Shown: positions 31,503 to 40,847 of the stretch, in pieces
Layout: each line of letters begins with the position of its first letter
Position numbering within the stretch: position 1 is the first letter of the stretch
Assembly (NCBI GenBank): GCA_028698215.1
Contig: JAQVDY010000004.1
Location: 481 to 64,480, forward strand
Origin: Actinomycetota bacterium
GTDB lineage: Bacteria > Actinomycetota > Humimicrobiia > Humimicrobiales > Humimicrobiaceae
DNA: 64,000 nucleotides
Direction: 5' to 3'
Position numbers and translations under genes: made by a program
Notes under the pieces: generated by a model
What the model was told of the DNA's origin: nothing
Seen by the model: only the letters and a program-made list of their open reading frames with translations
Database searches by the model: none

Positions 31503-32076
31503 AGTTTATGAGCTAATAGGCAAACGCCGAAGCATCCGTAAATTTTTGCCAAAAACCATAGCTAAGGATGCCCTAAACAGGATGGTGGATGCTGCCAGGC
31601 TAGCTCCCAGTGCTGCTAATATGCAGCCTTTGGAATATATAATAGTAGATCAAAAAGAACAAAGGGAGAAGATTTTTCCTTTAACCAAATGGGCAGGATA
31701 CATATCACCGGAGGGTACACCGGCACCCGGAGAAGAGCCGATGGCCTACATTGCAGTTGTAATAAACCAGCAGATTGCCAAGGCAGGTTATTATTTGATT
31801 GACTGCGGCCTGGCAGTAGAGAACCTTATATTGACTGCTCTCCAAGACGGTATAGGCAGCTGCATTATAGGTGCCTGCAATAAAGAAAAAATTGCAGGGA
31901 TTATAAAATTACCAGCTAATTACCAGCTTGAACTGGTAATAGCACTTGGCTACCCTGCCCAATCTTCTATTGTTTTTGATATGGACTCATCCGTAAAATA
32001 TTACCTGGATGATAATAAAACCATGCATGTTCCTAAAAGGCAGCTAAAAGATATATTGCATTACAATCAATATTGA
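31486..32076 (+). CDS. Nitroreductase family protein
   Basis: RRSIRKF, RLAPSAANMQP, DCGLAVENL, GIGSCIIG, LGYP. Confidence 0.88.
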   Translation: MNMENKVYELIGKRRSIRKFLPKTIAKDALNRMVDAARLAPSAANMQPLEYIIVDQKEQREKIFPLTKWAGYISPEGTPAPGEEPMAYIAVVINQQIAKAGYYLIDCGLAVENLILTALQDGIGSCIIGACNKEKIAGIIKLPANYQLELVIALGYPAQSSIVFDMDSSVKYYLDDNKTMHVPKRQLKDILHYNQY

Positions 32077-32855
32077 TTATGCAAACAGGCCATAATACAG
32101 AATTGATATACGGAAATAATGCAGTGCTGGCTGTGCTTACTTCTAATGCCGGCCGGAGGAAGGTTTACCGCTTATTCTTAACCGGAAGCAAGAAAAAAAC
32201 CCCGGTCATAAAAAATATTTTGAGCCTATGCCAGAAGAAAAAAATTCAAATAGTAGAGCAGGATAAAAATACTTTTGAGCTTAATATAACCAGGTCTCTA
32301 AGCAGGCGGGATCTGGAGTCGACACAAGGTATTGCCTTGGAGGTGTCTAGCTATAATTATTACCAGCTAGATAATTATCTACAATCCGGGCACTCTCCTA
32401 AAAGGTTCTTGGTTATGCTGGATGGTATAACTGATGTCGGCAATTTTGGATCAATAATCAGAAACGTAAGTGCTTTTGAAGCCGATGGAATTATTATTGG
32501 CAAAAACCGAAGTGCACAGGTAAATCAGAGAGTAACCAAAACTTCTGCAGGTGCTTTAGAAAATACCAGGGTGTTCAGGGTAACCAATTTAGCCAGAAGC
32601 CTGCAAAAGCTTAAGGATAATGGTTTCTGGATCTATGGTTCAGAAGTAGAAGGCTCAATACCCATGAAGGAAGTACCCCTGGCTTTTCCTTTGGTAATAG
32701 TGCTGGGAAGTGAGGGTAAGGGCATCAGTAATCTGACTGCCAAGATGTGTGATTATCTAGTAAAAATTGATATGAGCAACAATATACAGTCTTTAAATGT
32801 TTCTGTAGCCAGCGGAATATTGATGCACTGGGTATACCAGGAGATGAAACAATGA
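32073..32855 (+). CDS. rlmB: 23S rRNA (G2251-2'-O)-methyltransferase, SpoU family
   Basis: LDGITDVGNFGSIIR, VLGSEGKG, SLNVSVA; usual position after cysS. Confidence 0.9.
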   Translation: MIMQTGHNTELIYGNNAVLAVLTSNAGRRKVYRLFLTGSKKKTPVIKNILSLCQKKKIQIVEQDKNTFELNITRSLSRRDLESTQGIALEVSSYNYYQLDNYLQSGHSPKRFLVMLDGITDVGNFGSIIRNVSAFEADGIIIGKNRSAQVNQRVTKTSAGALENTRVFRVTNLARSLQKLKDNGFWIYGSEVEGSIPMKEVPLAFPLVIVLGSEGKGISNLTAKMCDYLVKIDMSNNIQSLNVSVASGILMHWVYQEMKQ

Positions 32856-33370
32856 ATGAACTGGTAATAGTAGATGGCTACAATTTCATATTTCACTATG
32901 CAGCTGAAACAAAAATGGACAATGACAGCCTAACCTACTACCGGGATCGCCTAATCAATGATCTTGCCGGGTATAAAGCCAGCAAAAATAAAGATGTGGT
33001 CCTGGTTTTTGATGCCCGCCACAGCAGCAATGCTACCAGGACTACTCATATGATTAATCAAGTGAGGATTATTTATTCCAAAAAAGGGGAGACTGCAGAC
33101 ACAGTTATAGAAGAAATGGTAAACCAGGATCAAAGCCACAATAAAATTTTTGTGGTTACTTCAGATTATGTACAGCAAAAAGTGGTGTTCAGGAAAAATG
33201 TATACAGGCTGTCTTCCCGGGAATTCGGGTTGCAGTTAAATGAGCTTAAAACACAATTAAGGCAGCAAGTAAACCAGCTAAACAAGCAATCTAATACTTC
33301 TTTTTATAATCTAGGGGCCAGGCTAAATAAAAAGGACTGGGATGATTTCACTAAAATCAGAAATAATTAG
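32852..33370 (+). CDS. yacP: NYN-domain ribosome-dependent endoribonuclease (YacP/Rae1 family)
   Basis: VDGYN, VFDA, ETADTVIE, VVTSD, SSREF; follows rlmB. Confidence 0.88.
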   Translation: MNELVIVDGYNFIFHYAAETKMDNDSLTYYRDRLINDLAGYKASKNKDVVLVFDARHSSNATRTTHMINQVRIIYSKKGETADTVIEEMVNQDQSHNKIFVVTSDYVQQKVVFRKNVYRLSSREFGLQLNELKTQLRQQVNQLNKQSNTSFYNLGARLNKKDWDDFTKIRNN

Positions 33371-34157
33371 CCTGATAGTTTTAATTATAGTATTAATATC
33401 GGCAGTGGGTTGCGGATTATTTTATTATAAGCCCGGAATTGAAGATACAAGCGAAAGGGCCAATACAGGATTTATAGTAGCGGAAGTGATTGATGGAGAT
33501 ACTTTGGTTATAGAAGGCGGAGAGAGAATCAGGCTAATTGGCATAAATACCCCGGAAGAAGGCCAGTATTTTTATAGGGAAGCCAAACAAGCCCTGGAAG
33601 CTATGGTAGAAGGGAAAAATATAAAGCTGGAATCAGATATTTCTGACCTGGACCAATACGGCCGGCTGTTGAGATATGTATATAAGGACAATTTGTTTGT
33701 AAATCTGGAAATGGTAAAACGGGGTTTTGCCCATTCTTATAGTTATCCGCCGGATCTAAAACATCAGGATCAATTGCTTCAGGCCCAGGAATACGCCAGG
33801 CAAAACAGTTTGGGTTTGTGGGAACAAAGCAGCTCCCCCCTGGAGGTTAAAATCCAATATGATGCCCCTGGTGATGACAGCCAGAATATCAATCAGGAAT
33901 ATGTAATAATTACTAATACTTCTTCTTTTTCTATGGATGTAACAGGGTTTACTATCAAAGACCGGGGAACCAACATTTTTAAGTTCCCCAGGTTTGAACT
34001 ACAAAGCGGCCAAACCATTTTTGTACATAGTGGTTACGGCAAAAATGAAGACGGCCACTTTTACTGGAATAGCGATACCCCTGTATGGAATAACAGTGGC
34101 GACACCTTGTTTATAAGGGATAGGGAAGGACTTCTGGTGGCCATTTTTGATTATTAA
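33342..34157 (+). CDS. Secreted or lipid-anchored thermonuclease (SNase) fused to a lamin-tail domain
   Basis: Hydrophobic N-terminus ending AVGC; VIDGDT, RLIGINTPE, DQYGRLLRYV; LTD-like EYVIITN...VWNNSGDT. Confidence 0.85.
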   Translation: MISLKSEIISLIVLIIVLISAVGCGLFYYKPGIEDTSERANTGFIVAEVIDGDTLVIEGGERIRLIGINTPEEGQYFYREAKQALEAMVEGKNIKLESDISDLDQYGRLLRYVYKDNLFVNLEMVKRGFAHSYSYPPDLKHQDQLLQAQEYARQNSLGLWEQSSSPLEVKIQYDAPGDDSQNINQEYVIITNTSSFSMDVTGFTIKDRGTNIFKFPRFELQSGQTIFVHSGYGKNEDGHFYWNSDTPVWNNSGDTLFIRDREGLLVAIFDY

Positions 34158-34687
34158 ACGTCTTTGTAGTGGGATTCATGTTTAATCCAGTACAGGGAAG
34201 GGTGTATTAATTTTTGCCACCTTATTTTTATTATACGGAAAAGTATCTTAAATAATTGGCTTAATGCATTCCCATGGTTGGCCAGGGCCAATTTCATGCC
34301 TTCTATCCGGTTGTCAGCATAATTTACAACGGCTGAGGTTTCTTTAAGCTGTTTATCTGTAGGAATTTGAAACTGGTAAAGGAGGTTCAGCCGGTTTAAG
34401 GCTTCAGCCCCCTCATATATTTCATTCCAAACGCATTTTTTACTGCTGTCTACCTCGCATTTACCCTCTTGAGATCCACCGCAGGGACCGTTTCTTAATT
34501 CCTTGGGACATCTCATAGGGCAGACAAAACCGGTAGTGGACAGGATACATTGACCACAAGACCTGCAGTCAAAGATTAGTTCCTTTAGTTTTTCTTCTAA
34601 AAAAAACAGAACCCTATAGATGCATCTGAGATGCAGGAACGGCTTTGGTTTAGGTTTAAATTGCTTTGTGCTGGTAAACGAAACCAT
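34154..34687 (-). CDS. MetV-like / methylene-THF reductase C-terminal-domain Cys-rich protein
   Basis: DCRSCGQCILS.TGFVCPMRCPKELRNGPCGG...CEV....CVW. Confidence 0.8.
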   Translation of the reverse strand: MVSFTSTKQFKPKPKPFLHLRCIYRVLFFLEEKLKELIFDCRSCGQCILSTTGFVCPMRCPKELRNGPCGGSQEGKCEVDSSKKCVWNEIYEGAEALNRLNLLYQFQIPTDKQLKETSAVVNYADNRIEGMKLALANHGNALSQLFKILFRIIKIRWQKLIHPSLYWIKHESHYKDV

Positions 34688-34774
34688 ATATTTACTCCTT
34701 AAAGCGTAAAGTTTAGCTAAATAATTTAATAAATGTTATTCTAATTTATTTTTGATGTCAAACTACTAAGCTGA

Positions 34775-34802
34775 TTGACATTTTGACTAAAAGGTATAAA
34801 CT
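34775..34802 (+). promoter_or_regulatory. Putative sigma70 promoter of feoA
   Basis: TTGACA-16 nt-TAAACT. Confidence 0.45.
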
Positions 34803-34810
34803 AATAAAAA

Positions 34811-34830
34811 AAGTTAAGCATGCCTAAATT
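34811..34830. promoter_or_regulatory. Palindromic operator, DtxR/MntR-family-like
   Basis: AAGTTAAGCATGCCTAAATT; 16 of 20 positions match its reverse complement; abuts the feoA ATG. Confidence 0.5.
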
Positions 34831-35064
34831 ATGGAAAATACTAAATTGATGTCTTTGGCATCTGCAAAACCAAATATTGAATTGACTATAGCGGAAATTG
34901 CAGGTGGATATGGAATGAGGAGGAAACTGGCTGATATGGGCTTGGTTCCCGGCACTAAGATCAAAGTGTTAAGCCGTAATATGCTTGGTCCTATTATACT
35001 AGCTGTTAGAAATTACCGGTTAGCCATAGGCAGGGGTGTAGCTTCTAAAATAATGGTTAGCTAA
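34831..35064 (+). CDS. feoA: FeoA family protein
   Basis: RRKLADMGLVPGTKIKV, GPIILAV, LAIGRGVASKI. Confidence 0.92.
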   Translation: MENTKLMSLASAKPNIELTIAEIAGGYGMRRKLADMGLVPGTKIKVLSRNMLGPIILAVRNYRLAIGRGVASKIMVS

Positions 35065-36401
35065 ACTCCCATTTCTTCTTCAATAAAATGGGTATGTATT
35101 TTGCCTTCATTAAAATTCTTATTTTCCAGAATTCTTTTATGGAAAGGTATAGTAGTTTTTATACCTTTTATTTTGAATTCATTTAAAGCTCTTTTGGACC
35201 TTGCTATTGCCTCTTGCCTGTCATTTCCCCATACTATAAGCTTAGCCAGCAAAGAGTCATAAAAGGGTGATATGTTAGAGTTAGCATGTACAAAGGTATC
35301 TACCCTTATGCCGGGCCCTCCTGGTAGGTGGTAGTCAGTTATATGGCCTGGACTGGGAGAAAAGTTCTTATCCGGGTCTTCTGCATTTATCCTGAATTCA
35401 ATGCAGTGTCCGCGGCCGGAATAATCATGCCCGGTATTCAGTTTTTGGCCTGAGGCTAAAAATATCTGCTGCTTGATTAAATCCAGGCCGGTAACCATTT
35501 CGGTTACGGGATGCTCTACTTGGATACGGGTGTTGATCTCAATAAAATAAAAGTTATGCTTATGATCCATTAAAAATTCTATGGTTCCCAAATTCTGGTA
35601 ACCAATACTCCGGGCAGCATGGGCAGCCATTTCATACATAATTTTACGGTCTCTGGGGGACAGAGCCATGGAAGGAGCTTCTTCTATTAGCTTCTGATGC
35701 CTTCTCTGTATGGAACATTCCCTTTCTCCCACACAGGAAATATGGCCGTATTTATCAGCTATAATCTGAAATTCAATATGCCGGGGTTTGGATATATATT
35801 TTTCTATATAAACCTCTTCCGTGCCAAAAGATGATCTGGATTCAGATATGGCTAATGGAAAATAATTCATTAAATCCTTTTTGTCATTGCATATCCTCAT
35901 ACCTTTGCCGCCGCCGCCGAAACTGGCTTTAATTATGAGGGGGTATCCTATTTTCCGTGCTAGTTTTAATGCCTCCCTTGTATCTATGACATTGCCTGTT
36001 GAACCAGGTATTACTGGTATTTTATTTTGATGCATAACTTCTATGGCCTTGGATTTATTGCCGGCCAGCATTATGGATTCTTTGGGCGGTCCAATAAAAG
36101 TTAGGCTGTTTTGCTGACAGGCATCTACCAAGGTAGGATTCTCGGAAAGAAACCCATAACCAGGATGTAGGGCATCGCAGCTGCTTATTTCAGCAGCTGC
36201 GATTATATTGCTAATATTAAGATAGCTTTTTTGAGGTGGTGGTGGTCCGATACAGATGCTTCTGTCTGCAATCCTGGCATGCAGGGAATCCTGGTCTGCA
36301 GTAGAATAAACGGCAACAGTTTCCAGATCCATTTCCTGGCATGCCCTTATAATCCTGACTGCTATCTCGCCTCTATTGGCGATTAGAACTCTTTTGAACA
36401 A
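35061..36401 (-). CDS. accC: Biotin carboxylase
   Basis: ANRGEIAVR, HPGYGFLSEN, KASFGGGGKGMR, RECSIQRRHQK, EINTRIQVEHPVTE, YDSLLAKLI. Confidence 0.97.
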   Translation of the reverse strand: MFKRVLIANRGEIAVRIIRACQEMDLETVAVYSTADQDSLHARIADRSICIGPPPPQKSYLNISNIIAAAEISSCDALHPGYGFLSENPTLVDACQQNSLTFIGPPKESIMLAGNKSKAIEVMHQNKIPVIPGSTGNVIDTREALKLARKIGYPLIIKASFGGGGKGMRICNDKKDLMNYFPLAISESRSSFGTEEVYIEKYISKPRHIEFQIIADKYGHISCVGERECSIQRRHQKLIEEAPSMALSPRDRKIMYEMAAHAARSIGYQNLGTIEFLMDHKHNFYFIEINTRIQVEHPVTEMVTGLDLIKQQIFLASGQKLNTGHDYSGRGHCIEFRINAEDPDKNFSPSPGHITDYHLPGGPGIRVDTFVHANSNISPFYDSLLAKLIVWGNDRQEAIARSKRALNEFKIKGIKTTIPFHKRILENKNFNEGKIHTHFIEEEMGV

Positions 36402-36402
36402 T

Positions 36403-38175
36403 TCAAATTTCCTTTTTAATAAGCATTATAATCTGGCCAAATTCTACCGGCTGTTCGTTCTCTATCATTATCTTATCTATCACCCCATCAAGTTCAGCAG
36501 TAATTTTATTCATTAATTTCATGGCTTCAACAATACACAGGGTGTCACCCTTGCTGACCGCTTGGCCTTCTTTGACAAAGGGTTCTGCCTGTGGGGAAGG
36601 TGAACTGTAGAAGGTACCCACTATTGGAGATTTAACCTCTATCAAGTTCTCTTGGTAATCTGGCTTTCGAGGTTCAGGGGAAGAGGGGGGAGCGGCTGCA
36701 GACTGTTTGTTTATGGATATCTTTACTCCATCAACCTCAAAATTAATATTCCCGATATTGGAAGTTTCTACCAGGTCAGTTATTTCCCTTAACTTTTTTA
36801 AGCTGAGTTTATCCAGGTGTTGTTTTGCTTGCTCGGTCTGGGCTGGGGGTAACGGTTGTTTTTTATTTAAAAATGCTATGGTTTTTTCTGGAAAGAAACA
36901 GTAACTTAATATATGTTCCGGTTTATCAGTTATATTCTTTAGTTCCTCCCGGCATTGCTTATAAAGGTTTTCAGAAGGCAACTCCCAATATTTGTCATCC
37001 TTAATGCTGTTCAGGATGCTGGCTTCCAACTTGATATCGCGGGGAGGTTTTCCGTAATAACCAGCTAAATATTTCTTTATTTCATCGGAAGCAATTTCCC
37101 ATCTTTTTTCAGAAATTAAAGTGTTTAGGATGGCTTGGCTGGCAATTATTTGTCCCATAGGGGTAGCCAATGTAGGATTGCCCAGCTCTCCCTTGATAGT
37201 GATTATTTCCTTGATTACCCTATTTATATTTTCCATCTCTCCTATTTCCTTAAGCTGTCTTACTACCGAGCTTATCAGCCATTTGGGCAGCAGGCTCTGA
37301 TTTGATTCGAAAAGGGAGGAAGTGTCAAAGAAAAAGTCTTGGATTAAAAACGGGTATATGTTTTTCTTAACTATTTCAAATGCCTGTAGGGCCTTAGTCC
37401 AATTCAGGTTAAAAGATATACTGGAATCTTTTAAGCTTAATAAAAAAGCGAAAATGGTGGGGCTGTAATCTTGATATGAGGAGGGTAAAAAACTCAAGTC
37501 AACCCCACCACCTCCATTAGCACAAGCCTTATAATAGTTTAGGACCTGAAGGCCCCTAAGGTTATAGCTGCTTAACAATATTGGGATATCCGTAAGGGAG
37601 GTGATTTTTTCAAACAGCTTGGCAGTAGTGGAAGGCAATAGAGTAGATTCAACGTCTTTTATGCAAATGCTGCTGCATCCCATAGAGGTAAGCTGCATGA
37701 TCTTATCCTGGTAGTACCTATGATCCCGGGAATGTTCATAGATTAGGATACCCTGGAAAGAAGCCCCAGCTTCTATAACCTTTTCGGCCGTATATTCTAT
37801 ATCTTTAAAATCATTTAAGGCATCATAAATTTTAAAAACTTCTATCCCGCTTGCTATGGATTGGTCAATAAATTTATTAATTAAGTCTTGGGGATAAAGA
37901 TCAACCCCTACCAGGTTTTTGCCTCCAATTTGAGCTTGCAGTTTAAGTTCTGGAGCCATTTTTTTTATATAGGCACAAATCTGAAAAGGAGATTTATAGA
38001 AACAGTTTTCCAGCATTTTCTCGAAAGTGGACCCACCCAGGACCTCTACGGTATCAAACCCTATCTGGGAATAATTTTCTAGTACCTGGTCCAGTTTATG
38101 GATATCCACGGAACAGAGATCAGTATTTTGAAATATATCTCTTAAGGTAACATCGTTTAACCTTATTCTATTCAT
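36403..38175 (-). CDS. Degenerate OadA/PycB-like carboxyltransferase domain fused to a full AccB-type biotin carboxyl carrier
   Basis: N-terminal TIM barrel DVTLRD, GGSTF, YDALND, IKD, LATP; C-terminal AccB with SPIVGTFYSSPSP and EAMKLMN. Confidence 0.88.
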   Translation of the reverse strand: MNRIRLNDVTLRDIFQNTDLCSVDIHKLDQVLENYSQIGFDTVEVLGGSTFEKMLENCFYKSPFQICAYIKKMAPELKLQAQIGGKNLVGVDLYPQDLINKFIDQSIASGIEVFKIYDALNDFKDIEYTAEKVIEAGASFQGILIYEHSRDHRYYQDKIMQLTSMGCSSICIKDVESTLLPSTTAKLFEKITSLTDIPILLSSYNLRGLQVLNYYKACANGGGGVDLSFLPSSYQDYSPTIFAFLLSLKDSSISFNLNWTKALQAFEIVKKNIYPFLIQDFFFDTSSLFESNQSLLPKWLISSVVRQLKEIGEMENINRVIKEIITIKGELGNPTLATPMGQIIASQAILNTLISEKRWEIASDEIKKYLAGYYGKPPRDIKLEASILNSIKDDKYWELPSENLYKQCREELKNITDKPEHILSYCFFPEKTIAFLNKKQPLPPAQTEQAKQHLDKLSLKKLREITDLVETSNIGNINFEVDGVKISINKQSAAAPPSSPEPRKPDYQENLIEVKSPIVGTFYSSPSPQAEPFVKEGQAVSKGDTLCIVEAMKLMNKITAELDGVIDKIMIENEQPVEFGQIIMLIKKEI

Positions 38176-38740
38176 CTTGGTTTTTACCCTTTCCGGATAA
38201 AACTTTATAAATATTTGCTGCCAGCAATATTTTTATTATATCAGGTACTATAAAGGGTAACACAGCCAGCTTAAAAACATTGGCGGCTTCAGCACTGCTA
38301 AAGGCAATACTCCTGTTAACATAAAATAAAATATGAATGTATCCCAAACTGTATATGCACAATAGCCCTGCCATTAATGCCCACCATACCCTTTTAGGAC
38401 TGGATATATTTTTAAAAATATAGCTGGATACAAAGGAGGCTGCTAAAAAACCTAAAACATATCCTGCGGTAGGCCCTGCCAGTACCGTATAGGAATTATT
38501 AAATCCTGCAAAAACTCCCATTCCCATAAAACCTAAACCCACATACATCAGCTGGGAATAAAAAGCATAGGGCATACCCAGTATAAGGGAGCTTAGCAAT
38601 ACGGTAAAAACCTGCATGGTAAGTGGCACTGGAGTAAAAGGTAGATAAAAAAAACAATTTGCCCCTAATGCCGTCAGGAAGGCAAAAGTTATGGTAAAAA
38701 TTATTTTAACCTTTAAGCTTACTGTCTGTTCCATAAGCAA
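38168..38740 (-). CDS. bioY: Biotin transporter BioY
   Basis: LPFTPVPLTMQVF, MGVFAG, GPTAGYVLGF, PFIVPDIIK. Confidence 0.95.
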   Translation of the reverse strand: MLMEQTVSLKVKIIFTITFAFLTALGANCFFYLPFTPVPLTMQVFTVLLSSLILGMPYAFYSQLMYVGLGFMGMGVFAGFNNSYTVLAGPTAGYVLGFLAASFVSSYIFKNISSPKRVWWALMAGLLCIYSLGYIHILFYVNRSIAFSSAEAANVFKLAVLPFIVPDIIKILLAANIYKVLSGKGKNQDE

Positions 38741-38878
38741 TATCCTTTCAGAGGTTCTGTTTTGGCAAAAGACGGAACTAGCAATTTAAAGTTTCAATAA
38801 AGCAACTCATTTTGAAACCAATCCCCTGGATGCCCGTCTTTTTAACCAACTATAAATAGTATTAATCCGGGGGAACTT

Positions 38879-40027
38879 ATGGATTATTCTTTTACTGAGG
38901 AACAGCAGATGGTCGTAGATATATGCCGGCAAATTACTGAGCAGAAAATAAAGCCGGTAAGGGCAGAGCTGGATGAGAAACAGGTTTTTCCTTCAGAACT
39001 GTTAGCGGAAATAGGCAAAGCGGATTTATTCAGGTTATTCATACCTGAGCAGTATGACGGGATGGGGACCGGCATATTTGAAGTATGCCTGGCCACCGAA
39101 GAGCTAAGCAGGGGAGATTTAAGTGTTGCTACCTCCTATGCCGCCAGCGGGTTGGGATTTTTACCCATCCTTATATCAGGCAGCGAAGAACAAAAGAAAA
39201 AATATTTGCCTGCACTGGCTTCGGGCCAAAAACTGGCAGCTTTCGGGCTTACCGAGCCTGAAGCAGGAAGTGATGCCAGTGGTATTAAAACCAAGGCAAA
39301 ATTGGAGGGCAACTGCTATATACTAGACGGAACCAAGCAATGGATTACCAATGGGGGAGAAGCTGACATCTATACCATATTTGCCATGACTAATCCGTCT
39401 AAGGGAAGCAGGGGAGCCTCTGCTTTTATAGTAGAAAAAGGCATGGAAGGTTTTGAGTTTGGAAAAAAAGAAAATAAGATGGGAATAAGGGCTTCTGCTA
39501 CCAGGGAATTAATCTTTAACCAATGCAAAATTCCCAGGGAGAACCTGATAGGTAAAGAAGGTATGGGCTTTCTAATAGCCATGAAAACCCTGGATAGGTC
39601 ACGTCCTGCAGTAGGGGCGCAGGGGGTTGGACTGGCCCAGGGTGCCCTGGAAGAAGCCTTGGCTTATGCCAAGGTAAGGAAACAGTTTTCGGTACCTATT
39701 TCTACCTTCCAGGCCATCCGCCATATGCTGGCTGATATGGCAACCCAGGTAGAGGCTGCCCGGAGCCTGGTTTATATGGCAGCCCGGAGGGTGGACCAGC
39801 AGGAGAAAGATATATCCAGGGTATCCGCCATGGCCAAACTTTTTGCTTCAGATATGGCTATGAAAGTAACTACAGACGCAGTTCAGGTATTGGGAGGTTA
39901 TGGCTATATGAAAGAGTATCCGGTGGAAAAGATGATGCGAGATGCCAAGATACTGCAGATATATGAGGGAACCAATCAAATACAGAGGGATGTAATTGCC
40001 CTGGACTTAATTAAAAAGGGATTTTAA
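38879..40027 (+). CDS. Acyl-CoA dehydrogenase (Bcd/CarC-like)
   Basis: FGLTEPEAGSDA, KQWITNG, ENKMGIRAS, RKQF, QVLGGYGY, IYEGTNQIQR (catalytic Glu). Confidence 0.95.
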   Translation: MDYSFTEEQQMVVDICRQITEQKIKPVRAELDEKQVFPSELLAEIGKADLFRLFIPEQYDGMGTGIFEVCLATEELSRGDLSVATSYAASGLGFLPILISGSEEQKKKYLPALASGQKLAAFGLTEPEAGSDASGIKTKAKLEGNCYILDGTKQWITNGGEADIYTIFAMTNPSKGSRGASAFIVEKGMEGFEFGKKENKMGIRASATRELIFNQCKIPRENLIGKEGMGFLIAMKTLDRSRPAVGAQGVGLAQGALEEALAYAKVRKQFSVPISTFQAIRHMLADMATQVEAARSLVYMAARRVDQQEKDISRVSAMAKLFASDMAMKVTTDAVQVLGGYGYMKEYPVEKMMRDAKILQIYEGTNQIQRDVIALDLIKKGF

Positions 40028-40034
40028 CCAAGGG

Positions 40035-40847
40035 GTGGTAAATATTAAGGTTTTAGTTTGCATTAAGCAGGTGCCTGGCACCACAGATATAAAAATTGAT
40101 TCTCAAACCAATACCCTGATCAGGGAGGGCATTGAAAACATTATTAATCCTTATGATGAGTATGCCCTGGAGGAAGGGGTTAGCTTAAATGAAAGAATGG
40201 AAGCCATAAGCCAAACCATAGCATTGACCATGGGACCTTTACAGGCAATGCAGATATTAAAAGATGCCCTGTCGGTAGGGGCAGATGGGGCGGTACTGGT
40301 TTCAGACCGGGATTTTGCCGGTGCGGATACCTGGGCTACTGCCCAGACCCTGGCTGCAGCTTCTAGTAAAATTGGACAGGTGGGTCTTACCATATTCGGC
40401 AAGCAAACACTGGATGGGGATACCGGCCAGGTAGGCCCGGAATATGCCCAAATATTAAACATACCTTTTGTAGGTTATGTTAGCCGGATTATCAGGATAG
40501 ATAAAAATAGTTTACAGGTGAAAAGGCTGGCCGAAGACCGTTATGAAACCATAGAAGTAAGTATGCCTGCAGCTATTTCGGTTTTAAAGGAAATAAACGA
40601 GCCAAGGGTGCCTTCTCTGAGGGGAAAGCTGAAAGCAGCCAAAGCCCAGATACCGGTATGGTGCCGGAATGATTTGGGCCTTAATGCCGATCAGGTGGGG
40701 CTGCAGGGTTCATTTACCCAGGTAGTTAAAGTATTCATACCTACCATAAAACATGAAGTTATGATGCTGGAAGGTTCTGTGGAGGAGCAGGTAGAAAAAC
40801 TTTTTAAAAAGCTAAAGCAACTAAACAGGGTTCAGGAGGATATTTAA
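40035..40847 (+). CDS. etfB: Electron transfer flavoprotein beta subunit
   Basis: CIKQVP, NPYDEYALE, FAGADT, GKQTLDGDTGQVGP, NEPR. Confidence 0.96.
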   Translation: MVNIKVLVCIKQVPGTTDIKIDSQTNTLIREGIENIINPYDEYALEEGVSLNERMEAISQTIALTMGPLQAMQILKDALSVGADGAVLVSDRDFAGADTWATAQTLAAASSKIGQVGLTIFGKQTLDGDTGQVGPEYAQILNIPFVGYVSRIIRIDKNSLQVKRLAEDRYETIEVSMPAAISVLKEINEPRVPSLRGKLKAAKAQIPVWCRNDLGLNADQVGLQGSFTQVVKVFIPTIKHEVMMLEGSVEEQVEKLFKKLKQLNRVQEDI

